The notes beneath the pieces were generated by a model that had not been told where the DNA came from, did not search any database, and saw only the letters and a list, made by a program, of their open reading frames with translations. A stretch of DNA of 64,000 nucleotides from an uncultured Spirochaetaceae bacterium (GTDB lineage: Bacteria > Spirochaetota > Spirochaetia > SZUA-6 > RPPD01), in assembly GCA_964634205.1 (NCBI GenBank), contig CAZWKE010000001.1:33325-97324 (forward strand), given 5' to 3'. Position numbers and translations under genes: made by a program. Of the stretch, positions 1-12,100 are shown piece by piece. Within the stretch, counting starts at the first letter, position 1. Each line of letters begins with the position of its first letter.

Positions 1-82
1 ATAGTACCAGCCCCCCCAACAGAACAATAATCGCGGCGATAGTTACCGAAAGCACAATCCAAATCAATTTTTGATTATCCAT
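1..82 (-). CDS. 5' part of a membrane-anchored protein running off the left edge (possibly the SPOR-domain protein that follows coaE in spirochaetes)
   Basis: ATG at 82-80 gives MDNQKLIWIVLSVTIAAIIVLLGGLVL, a hydrophobic N-terminal anchor, 5 nt after the coaE stop. Identity is inferred from synteny only. Confidence 0.5.
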   Translation of the reverse strand, partial: MDNQKLIWIVLSVTIAAIIVLLGGLVL

Positions 83-87
83 ATAGT

Positions 88-675
88 TTAACCCTCCGCC
101 GTTTTTCTTTTCCGCAGGATTGCAGTTATCCGTACGGCAAGCATCTCGGCGCTTCCTTTATTGTATTCATAATAAATATCGACCCCTTTGGTCTTTAATT
201 TAGGGAAGATTCGTCTTTGGGCCAAAAATCTTTGCAGTAACGAGGGAATACTTAAGCCGTCCCGCCGCAAAGCCCGCTGCAGGCGAACAAAGAACGGCGC
301 TTTAATTACAATTACAAAATCACACAATAAGTGAAGGTCCATCCTGAAAAGCAGGGCCGCGTTAAGGACATAATCTTGCGCTTTATTTTCGAGGATTCGG
401 TTAATCTGTGTCTTCATGAGCGGGTGAAGGATTTCCTCCAGGCGCAACCTGTTTTTTTTACCGGCAAACACAAGTTTCCCCAGTTTCCGCCGGTCCACCT
501 CTCCATTGTTATCCAGAATGGTGTCCCCAAACTCCGCGATAACCTTTTGTTTCTCCTGTTCAAGCACACGGTGCCCGATTTTATCCACATCCACCACGAC
601 GAAACCGCGCTTGCCGAGGACCCCAGCCGCCAGATTTTTACCCGCACAGTATCTGCCCGTCACCCCGATTACCAT
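88..675 (-). CDS. coaE: Dephospho-CoA kinase
   Basis: N-terminal IGVTGRYCAGK P-loop, VDVDKIGH, VDRRKLGKLVF and LEEILHP motifs; directly downstream of polA. Confidence 0.93.
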   Translation of the reverse strand: MVIGVTGRYCAGKNLAAGVLGKRGFVVVDVDKIGHRVLEQEKQKVIAEFGDTILDNNGEVDRRKLGKLVFAGKKNRLRLEEILHPLMKTQINRILENKAQDYVLNAALLFRMDLHLLCDFVIVIKAPFFVRLQRALRRDGLSIPSLLQRFLAQRRIFPKLKTKGVDIYYEYNKGSAEMLAVRITAILRKRKTAEG

Positions 676-677
676 GA

Positions 678-3380
678 TTAATGGATATTCCCCCAGCTCT
701 CTCCAAGCTCTATATTTACCTTCAGTTTTACTTTCAGGTCAATAATATTTTCCATAATCCGGCGGATATACGGTTTTGCCCGATCAAGCTCGTTTTCCGG
801 AACCTCAAAAATCAACTCATCATGAACCTGTAAAAGGAGCGTAGTGGTCAAACCGTTTTTGAGGAGCTCTGCCGTAATATCGCGCATGGCACATTTTACA
901 ATATCAGCGGCGCTCCCCTGGATGGTGGTATTCACCGCGATACGCTGTGCGGCCATCTTTTCCATCCTGTTTTTGCTGTTGATATTAATCACTTCACGCT
1001 TCCTGCCCATGATGGTTTTTACATACCCGTTTTTTTCAGCGGCGGCAATAGTAGCTTCTCTGTAGGCCCTTACCCCGCTGAATCGCTTAAAATAGTACTC
1101 TAAAAAATCATCCGCGTCTTTCTTACTTATCTTTAAGTCCCTGGCAAGCCTGAATGACGACATCCCGTAAATTACCCCGAAATTTATGGTTTTTCCGATG
1201 CGGCGCTGTTCCGGGGTTACCTGGTCCCGCTCAAGGTTGAAGATTACCGCCGCGGTTTCGGTATGCACATCCCTTCCCTGGTTGAATGCCCGGATCAACA
1301 GTTCATCATCCGCCATATGCGCCAGTATTGCCAGTTCAATCTGGGAATAATCCGCGCTGAGGAAAATACAGGACGCAGCCGGGACAAATGCCTCCCGTAT
1401 TTTACGGCCTTCCTCATCTCTTATGGGAATATTCTGCAGGTTCGGATCCTTGCTGGAAAGACGGCCGGTTGTGGTGCCGGTTTGCATAAACCGGGTATGG
1501 ATCCTCCCGGTCTCCCTGTTAATAAGTTCAGGCAGGGTGTCAAGGTAGGTGCTCTTTAATTTTGCCATTGAGCGATGTTCCAGCATCATTTTGGGGACCG
1601 CGTCATCCGTTGTGGCCGCCAGTATCTCCAGCACCTGGGTATCGGTGGAATAACCGGTTTTGGTTTTTTTTACGGGTTTTAATTTTCGATCTTCAAACAG
1701 AATCTGCTGCAGCTGTTTGGGGGAATTAAGATTGAACTCCTTACCGCAGAGTGCATACACCTCTTTTTCGAGGGCTGCCATCTTTACGCCATAGCGTTCG
1801 CTTAAATCTTTTAGTTTTTGGGGGAGAATCCGTATGCCGGTCAACTCCATCTCCGCGAGTACTGTTATCAGCGGCACTTCAATATCATAAAAAACCCTTT
1901 CCAGTTCTTCCCGCTTTAACAACTCTTTTAGGTGAAGGTAGAGTTTCAATGTCATATCCGCATCTTCGGCCGCGTAATCCGTGGCTTTGGTAATATCGAT
2001 ATCCGAAAGCAGTTCCCCGCTTTTTGCTTCAATTAAATCGGAGTATTTGATGGTGTTATGATTCAGATATTTTTCCGCCAATTTATCGATGCTGTAGGCA
2101 CTCATGGCGCCGCTTTGCAAAACCCAGGCCGCAATCATGGTATCAAAAAAAATATTGGCGATGGTAACTCCCCAGCGCTTTAACACCTTGTAATCGTATT
2201 TGATATTCTGCCCGATCACCTTATACGCGGGATTTTCCAGAATCCCTTTCAGTTTTGCTTTTACCAACTCCGCATCGAGCACCTGTACCCCGGAAGCCCG
2301 AATGGGAATATAACAGGCCTTGTCCGGTGTTGTACAAAGGGAAAAACCGATGGGATTTGCCAGCATATCATCCTTGCTGTCCGTTTCCACATCAAAGGCA
2401 AAAAGCCCCTTCTCCTTTGCTTCCCCGATCCAGGAATCCAAATCCGCTTCCGTGATCACCGTATGGTATGTTTCCGCTTTGGTACTGGAAAGATCGAGTT
2501 CCTTTTCCACCTCACCCCCCAGTTCCTGCACCAGGGATTTCATCCCCTCTTTGGCAAACAGGGGGATGGCCCGGGAAAGTTTTAAAGGGGAAAGTTCAAG
2601 ATGTGTCAGATCGGTATCTACGGGCACGTCCGTGCGCAGCGTCACCAGTTTTTTACTCAATACGGCATCGTTTTTTGAGGAAAGGAGTTTCGTACGTTGG
2701 GTTTCAGGGGTAACCTCATCGATATTCTCATAAATTCGCTCAAAATCATTGAAACGTGAGAGCAATTTCTGGGCGGATTTGGGACCGATACCCTGCACCC
2801 CGGGGATATTATCGGACTGGTCCCCTGTCAGGGCCAGAAAATCCCTGACCTGTTCGGGATACACCCCGAGATGTACGAACACCTGGTCCCTGCGCCATTC
2901 CTCATAATCACCCCGGCCCTTTTGCTGGCGCAGCACCGCGACATTATCTCCCACCACCTGCAGGATATCCTTGTCTTTGGATACAATAAAACACTGCAGT
3001 TTCTGCTTTTTACACTCAGCGGCAATGGTGGCGATGATATCATCCGCCTCAAATCCCTCACAACTCAATACCGGAACCTCCAGTGCCTCAAGGATCTGCC
3101 GGATCACATCAATCTGAAGATGCAGTTCTTCGGGGGTGGCGTCCCGCTGGGCTTTATAGGCGGGATATTCATGGTGACGAAAGGTTTTGGCTTTTGAGTC
3201 CATTACCACAGCCAGGTGTGAGGGGTGACGCGCTCTTTTCAAAGCAAAAAAGGAACGAAAAAACCCGTAAACCGCCGAGGAATTTCTGCCTTCCGGATTG
3301 AACAGGGGCCTGTTTTTAAAGGCATAATACGCCTGGTAAATGAGATTATAACCATCAAGTAAATACAATGCGTTAATCAT
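678..3380 (-). CDS. polA: DNA polymerase I (5'-3' exonuclease, 3'-5' exonuclease, polymerase)
   Basis: LLDGYNLIYQAYYA, EADDIIAT, TTTGRLSSKDPNLQNIP, ADYSQIELAILAH, KTINFGVIYG, LQVHDEL; exonuclease motifs FDVET, NIKYD and YAAEDAD intact. Confidence 0.99.
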   Translation of the reverse strand: MINALYLLDGYNLIYQAYYAFKNRPLFNPEGRNSSAVYGFFRSFFALKRARHPSHLAVVMDSKAKTFRHHEYPAYKAQRDATPEELHLQIDVIRQILEALEVPVLSCEGFEADDIIATIAAECKKQKLQCFIVSKDKDILQVVGDNVAVLRQQKGRGDYEEWRRDQVFVHLGVYPEQVRDFLALTGDQSDNIPGVQGIGPKSAQKLLSRFNDFERIYENIDEVTPETQRTKLLSSKNDAVLSKKLVTLRTDVPVDTDLTHLELSPLKLSRAIPLFAKEGMKSLVQELGGEVEKELDLSSTKAETYHTVITEADLDSWIGEAKEKGLFAFDVETDSKDDMLANPIGFSLCTTPDKACYIPIRASGVQVLDAELVKAKLKGILENPAYKVIGQNIKYDYKVLKRWGVTIANIFFDTMIAAWVLQSGAMSAYSIDKLAEKYLNHNTIKYSDLIEAKSGELLSDIDITKATDYAAEDADMTLKLYLHLKELLKREELERVFYDIEVPLITVLAEMELTGIRILPQKLKDLSERYGVKMAALEKEVYALCGKEFNLNSPKQLQQILFEDRKLKPVKKTKTGYSTDTQVLEILAATTDDAVPKMMLEHRSMAKLKSTYLDTLPELINRETGRIHTRFMQTGTTTGRLSSKDPNLQNIPIRDEEGRKIREAFVPAASCIFLSADYSQIELAILAHMADDELLIRAFNQGRDVHTETAAVIFNLERDQVTPEQRRIGKTINFGVIYGMSSFRLARDLKISKKDADDFLEYYFKRFSGVRAYREATIAAAEKNGYVKTIMGRKREVININSKNRMEKMAAQRIAVNTTIQGSAADIVKCAMRDITAELLKNGLTTTLLLQVHDELIFEVPENELDRAKPYIRRIMENIIDLKVKLKVNIELGESWGNIH

Positions 3381-3820
3381 GATGAAATATCTATAAATTT
3401 CGGAGTACCGATTTTTTTATATGGTGAGCTTACATGAAATGTTTTGGAAGTTAAAGTATCCAACTCTTTTTTTATGCTCTTTAAGCTGTCTTTTACCAGA
3501 TCATTATTGTACCGATTGGCTTTCAGGGCCTGTTGTTTCAACTGCTCCAGGCGTGCGGTAAGTTCATCGATTTCAGGACACGGCCCTTTCACTTCGCTGT
3601 TGTACTTCCGTTTCCAGCTTTCAAGCGATTTATTGCAGGAGTCGATACTATGATTAAACCTCCGTTCCATATCGATATACACGGCCAGATTATCAGGATC
3701 GCTTTGCCGAATGACATGTTGTTCTTTTTTCAGAAGGGTAAGATAATCGGAAATGTTTTTATTGATTGTCTGCAGGACATTTTTCAGACTTTGAATTATT
3801 TTTTGAGAAGCGGTATCCAT
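3377..3820 (-). CDS. flgN: FlgN-like flagellar export chaperone
   Basis: 147-aa helical protein between fliS and polA, with ANRYNNDLVKDSL and C-terminal TPKFIDISS; stop overlaps the polA ATG. Confidence 0.65.
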   Translation of the reverse strand: MDTASQKIIQSLKNVLQTINKNISDYLTLLKKEQHVIRQSDPDNLAVYIDMERRFNHSIDSCNKSLESWKRKYNSEVKGPCPEIDELTARLEQLKQQALKANRYNNDLVKDSLKSIKKELDTLTSKTFHVSSPYKKIGTPKFIDISS

Positions 3821-3843
3821 AGGCCGTATAATAACTACCTTTT

Positions 3844-4272
3844 TTATCCTGCGATATTAATGCTGGAAGTGTTGTTTTGATTCTGTTCGGTTCCCGCTTT
3901 GTTCGCGATTTCAGCCCATGCGGAGCGGAGTTCAACAAGGTGTTTTTTGACTTCTTCAAGCGCCTTTTGGTCTTTTTTAATATTCGCGTCCAGAAGTTTG
4001 CGGTTCATATACATATAGAGACTGAACAGATTCTTGGCGATCTCCCCGCCTTTTTCAAAATTAATCGAAACCATGAGTTCGGTGATAATATCCTGAGCGC
4101 GGATGATGAAGTTGCTGACTTGTTCATAGGCTTGATGCTTTTTTTCGATTTTTTCCAAGGCCAGGTTTATATTTTTAATCGCCCCATCGTAGAGCATAAC
4201 AATCAGTTTCCCCGGGGTAGCCGTTTTTATCTGTGTTTCTCTATAGGAGTGAATGGGGTCCATCTTGTTCAA
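3844..4272 (-). CDS. fliS: Flagellar export chaperone FliS
   Basis: SYRETQIKTATPGKLIVMLYDGAI, LMVSINFEKGGEIAKNLFSLY, LRSAWAEI. Start is probably TTG at 4272 (GGAGG 10 nt upstream) or ATG at 4263. Confidence 0.93.
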   Translation of the reverse strand: MNKMDPIHSYRETQIKTATPGKLIVMLYDGAIKNINLALEKIEKKHQAYEQVSNFIIRAQDIITELMVSINFEKGGEIAKNLFSLYMYMNRKLLDANIKKDQKALEEVKKHLVELRSAWAEIANKAGTEQNQNNTSSINIAG

Positions 4273-4313
4273 AATATTGTATCCTCCCTCAAAAAGCTTT
4301 TCAGCCATTTAAT

Positions 4314-4340
4314 ATATCGACAACGTCCATTTTTAACTTA
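4314..4340 (-). promoter_or_regulatory. Sigma-28 (FliA/SigD)-type promoter of fliS-flgN
   Basis: Minus strand TAAG-N15-GTCGATAT versus consensus TAAA-N15-GCCGATAW, about 40 nt upstream of fliS. Confidence 0.65.
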
Positions 4341-4407
4341 AGGCTCTCCCTGTATAAATCTACTAATTTCTCTATTTTTTTCAATAGATTTTAGTTAAAA
4401 TATTTTT

Positions 4408-6717
4408 TTATTTCGCATGTTCCATGAGGGTAGAGACCGGAACCACTTTATACCCCAGTTTCAGCAGTCCATTGATAATGAGGTCCAGCCGTTGGAACAG
4501 GTAATCGTCCCTACCTCCTTTTAATGCCCCCAAACGGATGGGAATGATGGAACCCGGTTTTTTCATCTTGATAATGCGCTCCACCAGGTCTGCTGAATTG
4601 AAATATATACCGGAGCTGATATTTTTCTCATTCTTTGAAACCCAATCCAGGGTATCGATATCCCGCCCGATATATGAATAGTTCATGTCTTTGGATGCTT
4701 TAATAATCTCGGAATTAACAAAATAATACGGTGCGTGCCACAAAAGGGAAAGCTCTCTGGCCGAAACAGAGAAATACTCATCCTCATTGCGGGCCAATCC
4801 TTTTTTGATAAACTCCTCGTCGATTTGAAATCTCGCGTCGGTCATATTGAAATACGCATAAAAAAGTGACCCCACCTCATGACCGGATTCGGCTATTTGC
4901 TTTACGGCTTCCGGATACCGGCGGATAAACTCTCCGTTTAAGAAAAAAGTGCAGCGGATACCGTAATCGGAAAGCACCTGCAAGACTTCCGTTAATCCTT
5001 CCGTGGAATCGATGGCATTAAAAACCAGGGCCACCTCCCGCCGCCTGATGCGGGAACCGTGGTTAAAAAAGGTAAAATCCAATGGTGCTTCTTTTTCCGG
5101 ATAATTTTCATAGATATATTCTTTGAAGGGAAACAGGGGAACGGTCGTCAGGCCCTTCAGGTCCCGGACCATAATCATATTCTTATAATTACCGTATTCC
5201 TTGTCTTCTATATACACCCGATAATCGGGACCGGCTACCTGTTCTTCCGCCGGATTATACTCATTTACCGCCTGCCAGGATATTTCGGAGAGGGGCATAC
5301 TGTAACTGCGGGAATCCAACTTTGTCAGTACCGCGTCATCGGCCTTGGAAAATCCGTAGACGCCGGGTTGTGACAGTGTAATAAACTGCTTTGCCCGGGT
5401 AGTAAGATTGTACAACTCCGTGTAATCCGAACCGGCGATAATTACTTCATGATCCGATTTCCATAGTACCTGAAGGGCCTCTGGGTGGTTGATTTCGTGA
5501 AGTTTGTTCCATCTGCCGTAATCATACACATCGATACTGTCCTTTTTCAGGAGAGCAAGTTTTTTCCCATCGTCCGAAAGGACGATATCCTTTACTCCTT
5601 CTATGTTCAACTCCGCAAATGCCTTGTTTTCATTGACAATCGGAATTCCGATTCGATAAAGGCTCGTTTTGGCTTTGCCGTTTTCCAACCGCCGGGCAAG
5701 CAGCGTAATGTAATCATCGTCGGACCAGATTATCTTGGTGATCATGGCATTACGCGGAAGATAAAGATAAGGGAGATTGGTAATGGATTCCTTATACTGA
5801 GAATCTTCGGGGTTCAGCAGATAGAGGAATATATTTTTTCCACCCTTGTTATATAAGATCTTTTTCCCATCCGGAGAAATCCTATAGCTGTCAAAGTTGG
5901 ATTCAAAGGGAAAGGGTATTTTTCCCACAATGGTTCCCAGCTTTAGGAAATTAATGTATAAGGCCCTGGCAAAAAACTCACTTCCGGGCAGTTTATAAAC
6001 CAGGGTATCATTGATATAATACAGGTCCCCCAACTTGTCCCAATGTACGTGGGAGATGTTCCCGTCCGCGATATTTCGGTAGTTCTCCGCAATAACCCGG
6101 TTCTTCCGCAGTTGTTCGATTGAATAATAATAGATCTTATTTTCTTTGCTGTACACAAAATACTTCGAATCCGCAGACCACTCCACAGGGGGCTGCGAGA
6201 GTCTCAGCTCTATATGCCGGGATACCAGTACTTCCTTGTTGTTCTCGAAATCGTAAAGCATCAGGTTAGCGAAAGCAACGGAAACCGGTTTAAAATAAAT
6301 GATATAATTACCGTCCGGTGAGGTTTTCACAGGACTGATCTTACCACTCTCGATCTCATTACCATGGGCAAAAGCGGGGAATACCTTCACGGCCGTTATA
6401 TTCTTAAATCCGGCATCGGTCCTGAAAACCCCAAAGCGGTTCTGAATCTGTAAAACACTGTTATTGCCGAGAAGCATGATTTTTTCCGGGAAAAACGTGA
6501 GTTGCTTAATGGTTTTCTGTTTCAGATCACTCAAAAACAACGTATTATAGCTGCCGTACCCCGGAAAATCGGTGTTTGTTTGAAACAGGAGCGTATCATT
6601 TGTGGAAAGCTTTAAACCGGAAAAACTGATTTCCCCGGACGCCGACCAGACACAAAGAAAAAACATAATCAGCGCCAAAATCTGATGTTTTTTGCTTACA
6701 AGGTAGTTCATATTCAT
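4408..6717 (-). CDS. Exported protein with an N-terminal beta-propeller-like region and a C-terminal NodB/CE4 polysaccharide deacetylase-like domain (degenerate active site)
   Basis: Signal peptide; C-terminal VLQVLSDYGIRCTFFLNGEFIRRYPEAVKQIAESGHEVG and WHAPYY are CE4-like. Confidence 0.75.
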   Translation of the reverse strand: MNMNYLVSKKHQILALIMFFLCVWSASGEISFSGLKLSTNDTLLFQTNTDFPGYGSYNTLFLSDLKQKTIKQLTFFPEKIMLLGNNSVLQIQNRFGVFRTDAGFKNITAVKVFPAFAHGNEIESGKISPVKTSPDGNYIIYFKPVSVAFANLMLYDFENNKEVLVSRHIELRLSQPPVEWSADSKYFVYSKENKIYYYSIEQLRKNRVIAENYRNIADGNISHVHWDKLGDLYYINDTLVYKLPGSEFFARALYINFLKLGTIVGKIPFPFESNFDSYRISPDGKKILYNKGGKNIFLYLLNPEDSQYKESITNLPYLYLPRNAMITKIIWSDDDYITLLARRLENGKAKTSLYRIGIPIVNENKAFAELNIEGVKDIVLSDDGKKLALLKKDSIDVYDYGRWNKLHEINHPEALQVLWKSDHEVIIAGSDYTELYNLTTRAKQFITLSQPGVYGFSKADDAVLTKLDSRSYSMPLSEISWQAVNEYNPAEEQVAGPDYRVYIEDKEYGNYKNMIMVRDLKGLTTVPLFPFKEYIYENYPEKEAPLDFTFFNHGSRIRRREVALVFNAIDSTEGLTEVLQVLSDYGIRCTFFLNGEFIRRYPEAVKQIAESGHEVGSLFYAYFNMTDARFQIDEEFIKKGLARNEDEYFSVSARELSLLWHAPYYFVNSEIIKASKDMNYSYIGRDIDTLDWVSKNEKNISSGIYFNSADLVERIIKMKKPGSIIPIRLGALKGGRDDYLFQRLDLIINGLLKLGYKVVPVSTLMEHAK

Positions 6718-6766
6718 ACTCTTAGTAATATTCGGCAGCCTTTCAGGAAAATTCCATTATAAATTA

Positions 6767-7009
6767 TTATTGTTTTTTGAGGATAATTATTGAATCCAAC
6801 TCTTTCTCCAGTGTCCGGAGTTGTTCTTCAAGATGATCCAATCTTTTTAAATAGCTTGTTTTATTTCGTTCCTTTATGCGCTGCAAAGAGGTATCCACAA
6901 TCTCTTCCATAGAGACATTGTTTTTTTTGGGGATACCGCAAAACGGACAAAAATTGAAGGAGATATTAAAAATATTGCCGCAATGTTTGCAAAACGTCAC
7001 TGCTTTCAT
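6767..7009 (-). CDS. Small zinc-ribbon protein with a C-terminal coiled coil
   Basis: CKHC...CPFC pair followed by LKRLDHLEEQLRTLEKELD; AGAGG RBS. Confidence 0.7.
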   Translation of the reverse strand: MKAVTFCKHCGNIFNISFNFCPFCGIPKKNNVSMEEIVDTSLQRIKERNKTSYLKRLDHLEEQLRTLEKELDSIIILKKQ

Positions 7010-7061
7010 CCTCTTCTAGTATAAATACCAGGCCTGTGGTATTCAAGTATTTCTTATTAGA

Positions 7062-7089
7062 TTTTCGACAGCAATCGTTGTAACATTTA
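7062..7089 (-). promoter_or_regulatory. Possible sigma-28-type promoter of the zinc-ribbon gene
   Basis: TAAA-N16-GTCGAAAA (-10 matches 6/8). Confidence 0.35.
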
Positions 7090-7119
7090 GCCTGCGGGAA
7101 TACCCCTCCGGCCCGGCTA

Positions 7120-7649
7120 TTATGGTTGTTTGTTCTCCTCTCCGGCACTCCCTGGGGGTACTCTTCTAAAGATAACCTGTTTTGCCGGCGGCTTTTTATT
7201 GCTGGAATAGATTACCTCCTTCGGTTTTATCCTGCGCAGACTGACAATCCCCACAACGGTAAGTAATAGTAAGATGATAAAAGCAAGTATATTAAACGGT
7301 TGAGGGGGAAACGCCAGGTTCACTTCGGAGAGGGTTTGACCACTCAGTGTTATCCGGGCGGATACGGTCTGATTGGATAATCTGGCCTCAATATAATAAT
7401 TGCCCGGTTTAGGAATGTTGATGACCAGCGGGGAGATGCCGGCGTACTCACTGTTTATAAATATTTTTGCGTGGGCGGGGGTGGTAATAACCTGGAGGGT
7501 CATATTGCCGGGAGGTTCGGCTGCGGTTGTATCCCCGGCAAAGGAGGTTGGGATAAAAACCACTACACAGAAGAGAAAAAAGGTTGTACATTTGATCCCA
7601 CCCGTCATCATAAAATAAGGCCGGCGTTTTAAGCCGGCCTCTCTCAACA

Positions 7650-7650
<1 letters not shown>
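7120..7650 (-). CDS. PEGA-domain membrane protein
   Basis: LQVITTPAHAKIFINSEYAGISPLVI is a PEGA pattern; signal peptide plus a C-terminal TM helix; start overlaps the enolase stop (TAATG). Confidence 0.75.
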
Positions 7651-9002
<1,352 letters not shown>

Positions 9003-9147
9003 TCAAGGCCGCTGTAGTAATTTTGAGACTGCCCGCAAGGCCGGAAGCCGCCGGAATCCCTAAATCCGCCCTGGATTTTTATTCACTCGATTTATTTGAA
9101 ATTTGTTGTATAATGATAATAAAAAAGAAAGTAAAAAGGAGAAGATC

Positions 9148-12100
9148 ATGAAGTACGCATCTCTCATTATTTCACTTTTATGCCTTTTTTACCTTTCCTG
9201 TGGAAGCCATACAAAAATTGATTATGAAGATTTTATTGATACCAGTGCGGACAATTTTTCCGAAGCCATGGAGATTAAGCTCCAAGGCAGCCTGGATTTT
9301 TCGGAAACATCCATAAATTACTTTGATATAAATAAGATTGAAACCGGCGAATTTAAAATAGCCGAAGACGACAGCCCGCTTACGATCACGGACTTCGGCC
9401 CGGTAGGAGAGCTGCCCGTAGAAATGCGGCGGCCCACCATCTATGTGGTATTTTCCCATGCGATTGTTCCTTTAAGCAGGCTGGGCGCGCCCATGAAAGA
9501 ATCGCCCTACATGGAGATAAATCCCAAAATTCCCGGTGTATTTCGTTGGTACGGTTCCAAACTGCTCAGCTTTGAGCCCGAGGAATCATTTTTTACCGGC
9601 GTACAGAGAACCTATACGGTTACCGTTTCAGCGGACGTACAGTCTCTGGGTAAAAAGAAACTGGGTAAGGAACATAAATTTTCCTTTTTTAATGAATACC
9701 TGAATATCGCTTCATTCCATCCCGGAACCCCGGCCGATCAGTACAATATTAATTATAATGATGTCCCCCCGGATGTGGCACAGAACATGACCGTACGCTT
9801 TACCTATCCCGTTGAGCTTAATCTTATCCGCCGTTATCTCCGGGTTGAGTGCGATAACCGGAGTTTCGGGTTCAGCCTTTCACGACCGGAAAAAAGTAAT
9901 GATAACATCCCGGACAATCTCATCCGGAGATCGGTAATCATCACTGTACAGCAAAAGCTTCCCCAAAACAGTAAAGTAATCCTGACTATGCTGAAAGGCG
10001 CCCGTTCACGGGAAGACTGCCGGGGCACACCAAAGAATATCCAAAAGAGTTACCATACCCTGACCCCGTTTGTTTTCAGAAGAAGCGATCATTACAATTA
10101 TTCCTTTCCCCGGAGTGAGAAAGGAGATATCAATCCTGTATACCTGGTATTCTCTCATCCGCTTGCCAGGGACGATATTGAAAAATTTTTTTCGACCTCT
10201 TTTCATCTGACGAATCTAAAAGATAATATTCAGGTATGGTATAACACGGTAAAAATCTCCAACCTGCCGGTAGTCTATGATTCCAGTTATACCATTCATA
10301 TCAACAAAAACCTGAAAGATATCTACGGCCGCAGCCTGGGGACCGATCTGGAAGAGAAAATTAAGGTGGGAAAGGCGGCAAGCTATGCCTACTTTCCCAA
10401 CACCGGCACAAAAATGCTCGAATCCGAGTTCCCGCCGAAAATAATCTTTGAGTATCAGAACATATCGAGCGGCAGGTGGAAAATCGGGACGATTTATGAT
10501 CCTTACCCTTACAACGGCGTTTCCTTTCCCGACAGCGAGTTGGAGGATTTTGATTTTTCGGCGGAGGTACCCAATAAAAAGCGCTACGAGGTGGTGGACC
10601 TCTCTCCCTACCTGAACAAGTCCGGTAAGGGGTTTGTGGGGGTAGCCTGGAATTTCAGGTCCACGGGCAGAAACGGAAAGCTCTTGCGGGGGTATCAGCG
10701 GAACCTTAACCTCCAGGTAACCGATATAGGCATAACCACACGCTACGCCTATAATAAAGTCATTGTATGGGTGGCCTCGCTCTCCAGCGGAAAGCCCATG
10801 GCGGGGGCGGACGTGACCCTGCTCCGCAAACGTACGCCCAAGGCCTCTTCCCGCACCAATACACAGGGGATAGCCGTCTTCAATCTGCCCCCCGGTGAAT
10901 ACAGGAGCAAATTCTCCGATTATAACAACCGCGATTACCTGCGCATCCGGGTGGAAAAGGGCAATGATAAAGCGGAGTTCGTGCCCAACTACTCTCACAA
11001 CATGTACCATTTCGGAATCTATAATTATGAAAGACCGACAAGGATTGAAAGTCCCCGAATGGAAACCCTGCTTTTTACCGACCGCGGACTGTATAAACCG
11101 GGAGAAACGGTCACCTTCAGGGGCATAGACCGTACGTGGTCGGCCGGTACCTATTCGGTATACCGGGGACCGTACAGCATAAGCGTCAGAGAGCGAAAAT
11201 GGAAAAGCAAACCCTTCTATCAGATTACCGGCACCACCAGCGGTACCGGAGGATTTTACGGCAGTTTTAAAATACCGGATAACATGGAACCGGGGTACTT
11301 CACTATCGAATACGCGCGGGACTCCAGAAACAGGCGCAGTGTGGGGTTCCAGATTGCCCATTTTCGGAGACTGAGTTTTCAGGTTGATTTGAGTAAACCG
11401 GAGCGTGACTATTTTATCGGGGACAACCTTTCTTTCCGGGCCGAAGCAAGTTATCTGGCCGGGGGAGCAGTGGCCGGTGGTACCTACAGTTATTACTGGT
11501 TCAAACAACCGACCTATTACAAACCGCCCGGTAAAAAATGGAAGGCCTACCGATTCGGCCCTTCCGGATGGGGTTCGCAGATCAGTCTGGGTTCGGGCAA
11601 GGGGACACTTGGTATTCAGGGCACAGCGAACATCAGTCAAGAAACCACCGCGGACGGCCTGAAAGGCAAACCGTATCGCTATGGTGCGGAAATAATTGTG
11701 AACGACATCAGCCGGCAGGAAATATCCACCCGCCAGTATGTTATTGTGCATCCGGCCCGTTTTTACATCGGCGCCAAGGTGGGAAAAGATTCGGACGGCT
11801 GGTGGTCCAGTTTTGTTCCGGCAGGCAAGGCGTTTGAGGCTGAGATAGTACTGGTAAAACCTGAAGGGCAGACATATACCCGGGAAACCACGGTAAAGGC
11901 GGAACTGATAAAACGGACATGGAAACTGGCCCAACAGCAGGGCGTATACGGAAGAATAAATACACGTTACGAGATGGTGGAAGAGGTGGTACAGCGCGAA
12001 ACATTGCATATCGGGAACGGTTCCGGCAAGGTTGGCCTTACACCCAAGGACGCGGGTTCCTATATTTTACGCTTTACCGCAGCGGATACCCGGGAGCACC

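Noticed and set aside
9008-9075. GC-rich intergenic patch between eno and A2M as a possible c-di-GMP-I riboswitch
   Set aside because: There is a partial resemblance (AAGCCGCCGG..CCTAAA), but the GGCAAAC/GNRA P2 elements are missing; an Infernal search would be needed.
10216-12009. 597-aa antisense ORF inside the A2M gene
   Set aside because: It lies fully opposite a well-supported gene, has no motifs, and is a typical shadow ORF of GC-rich codon usage.
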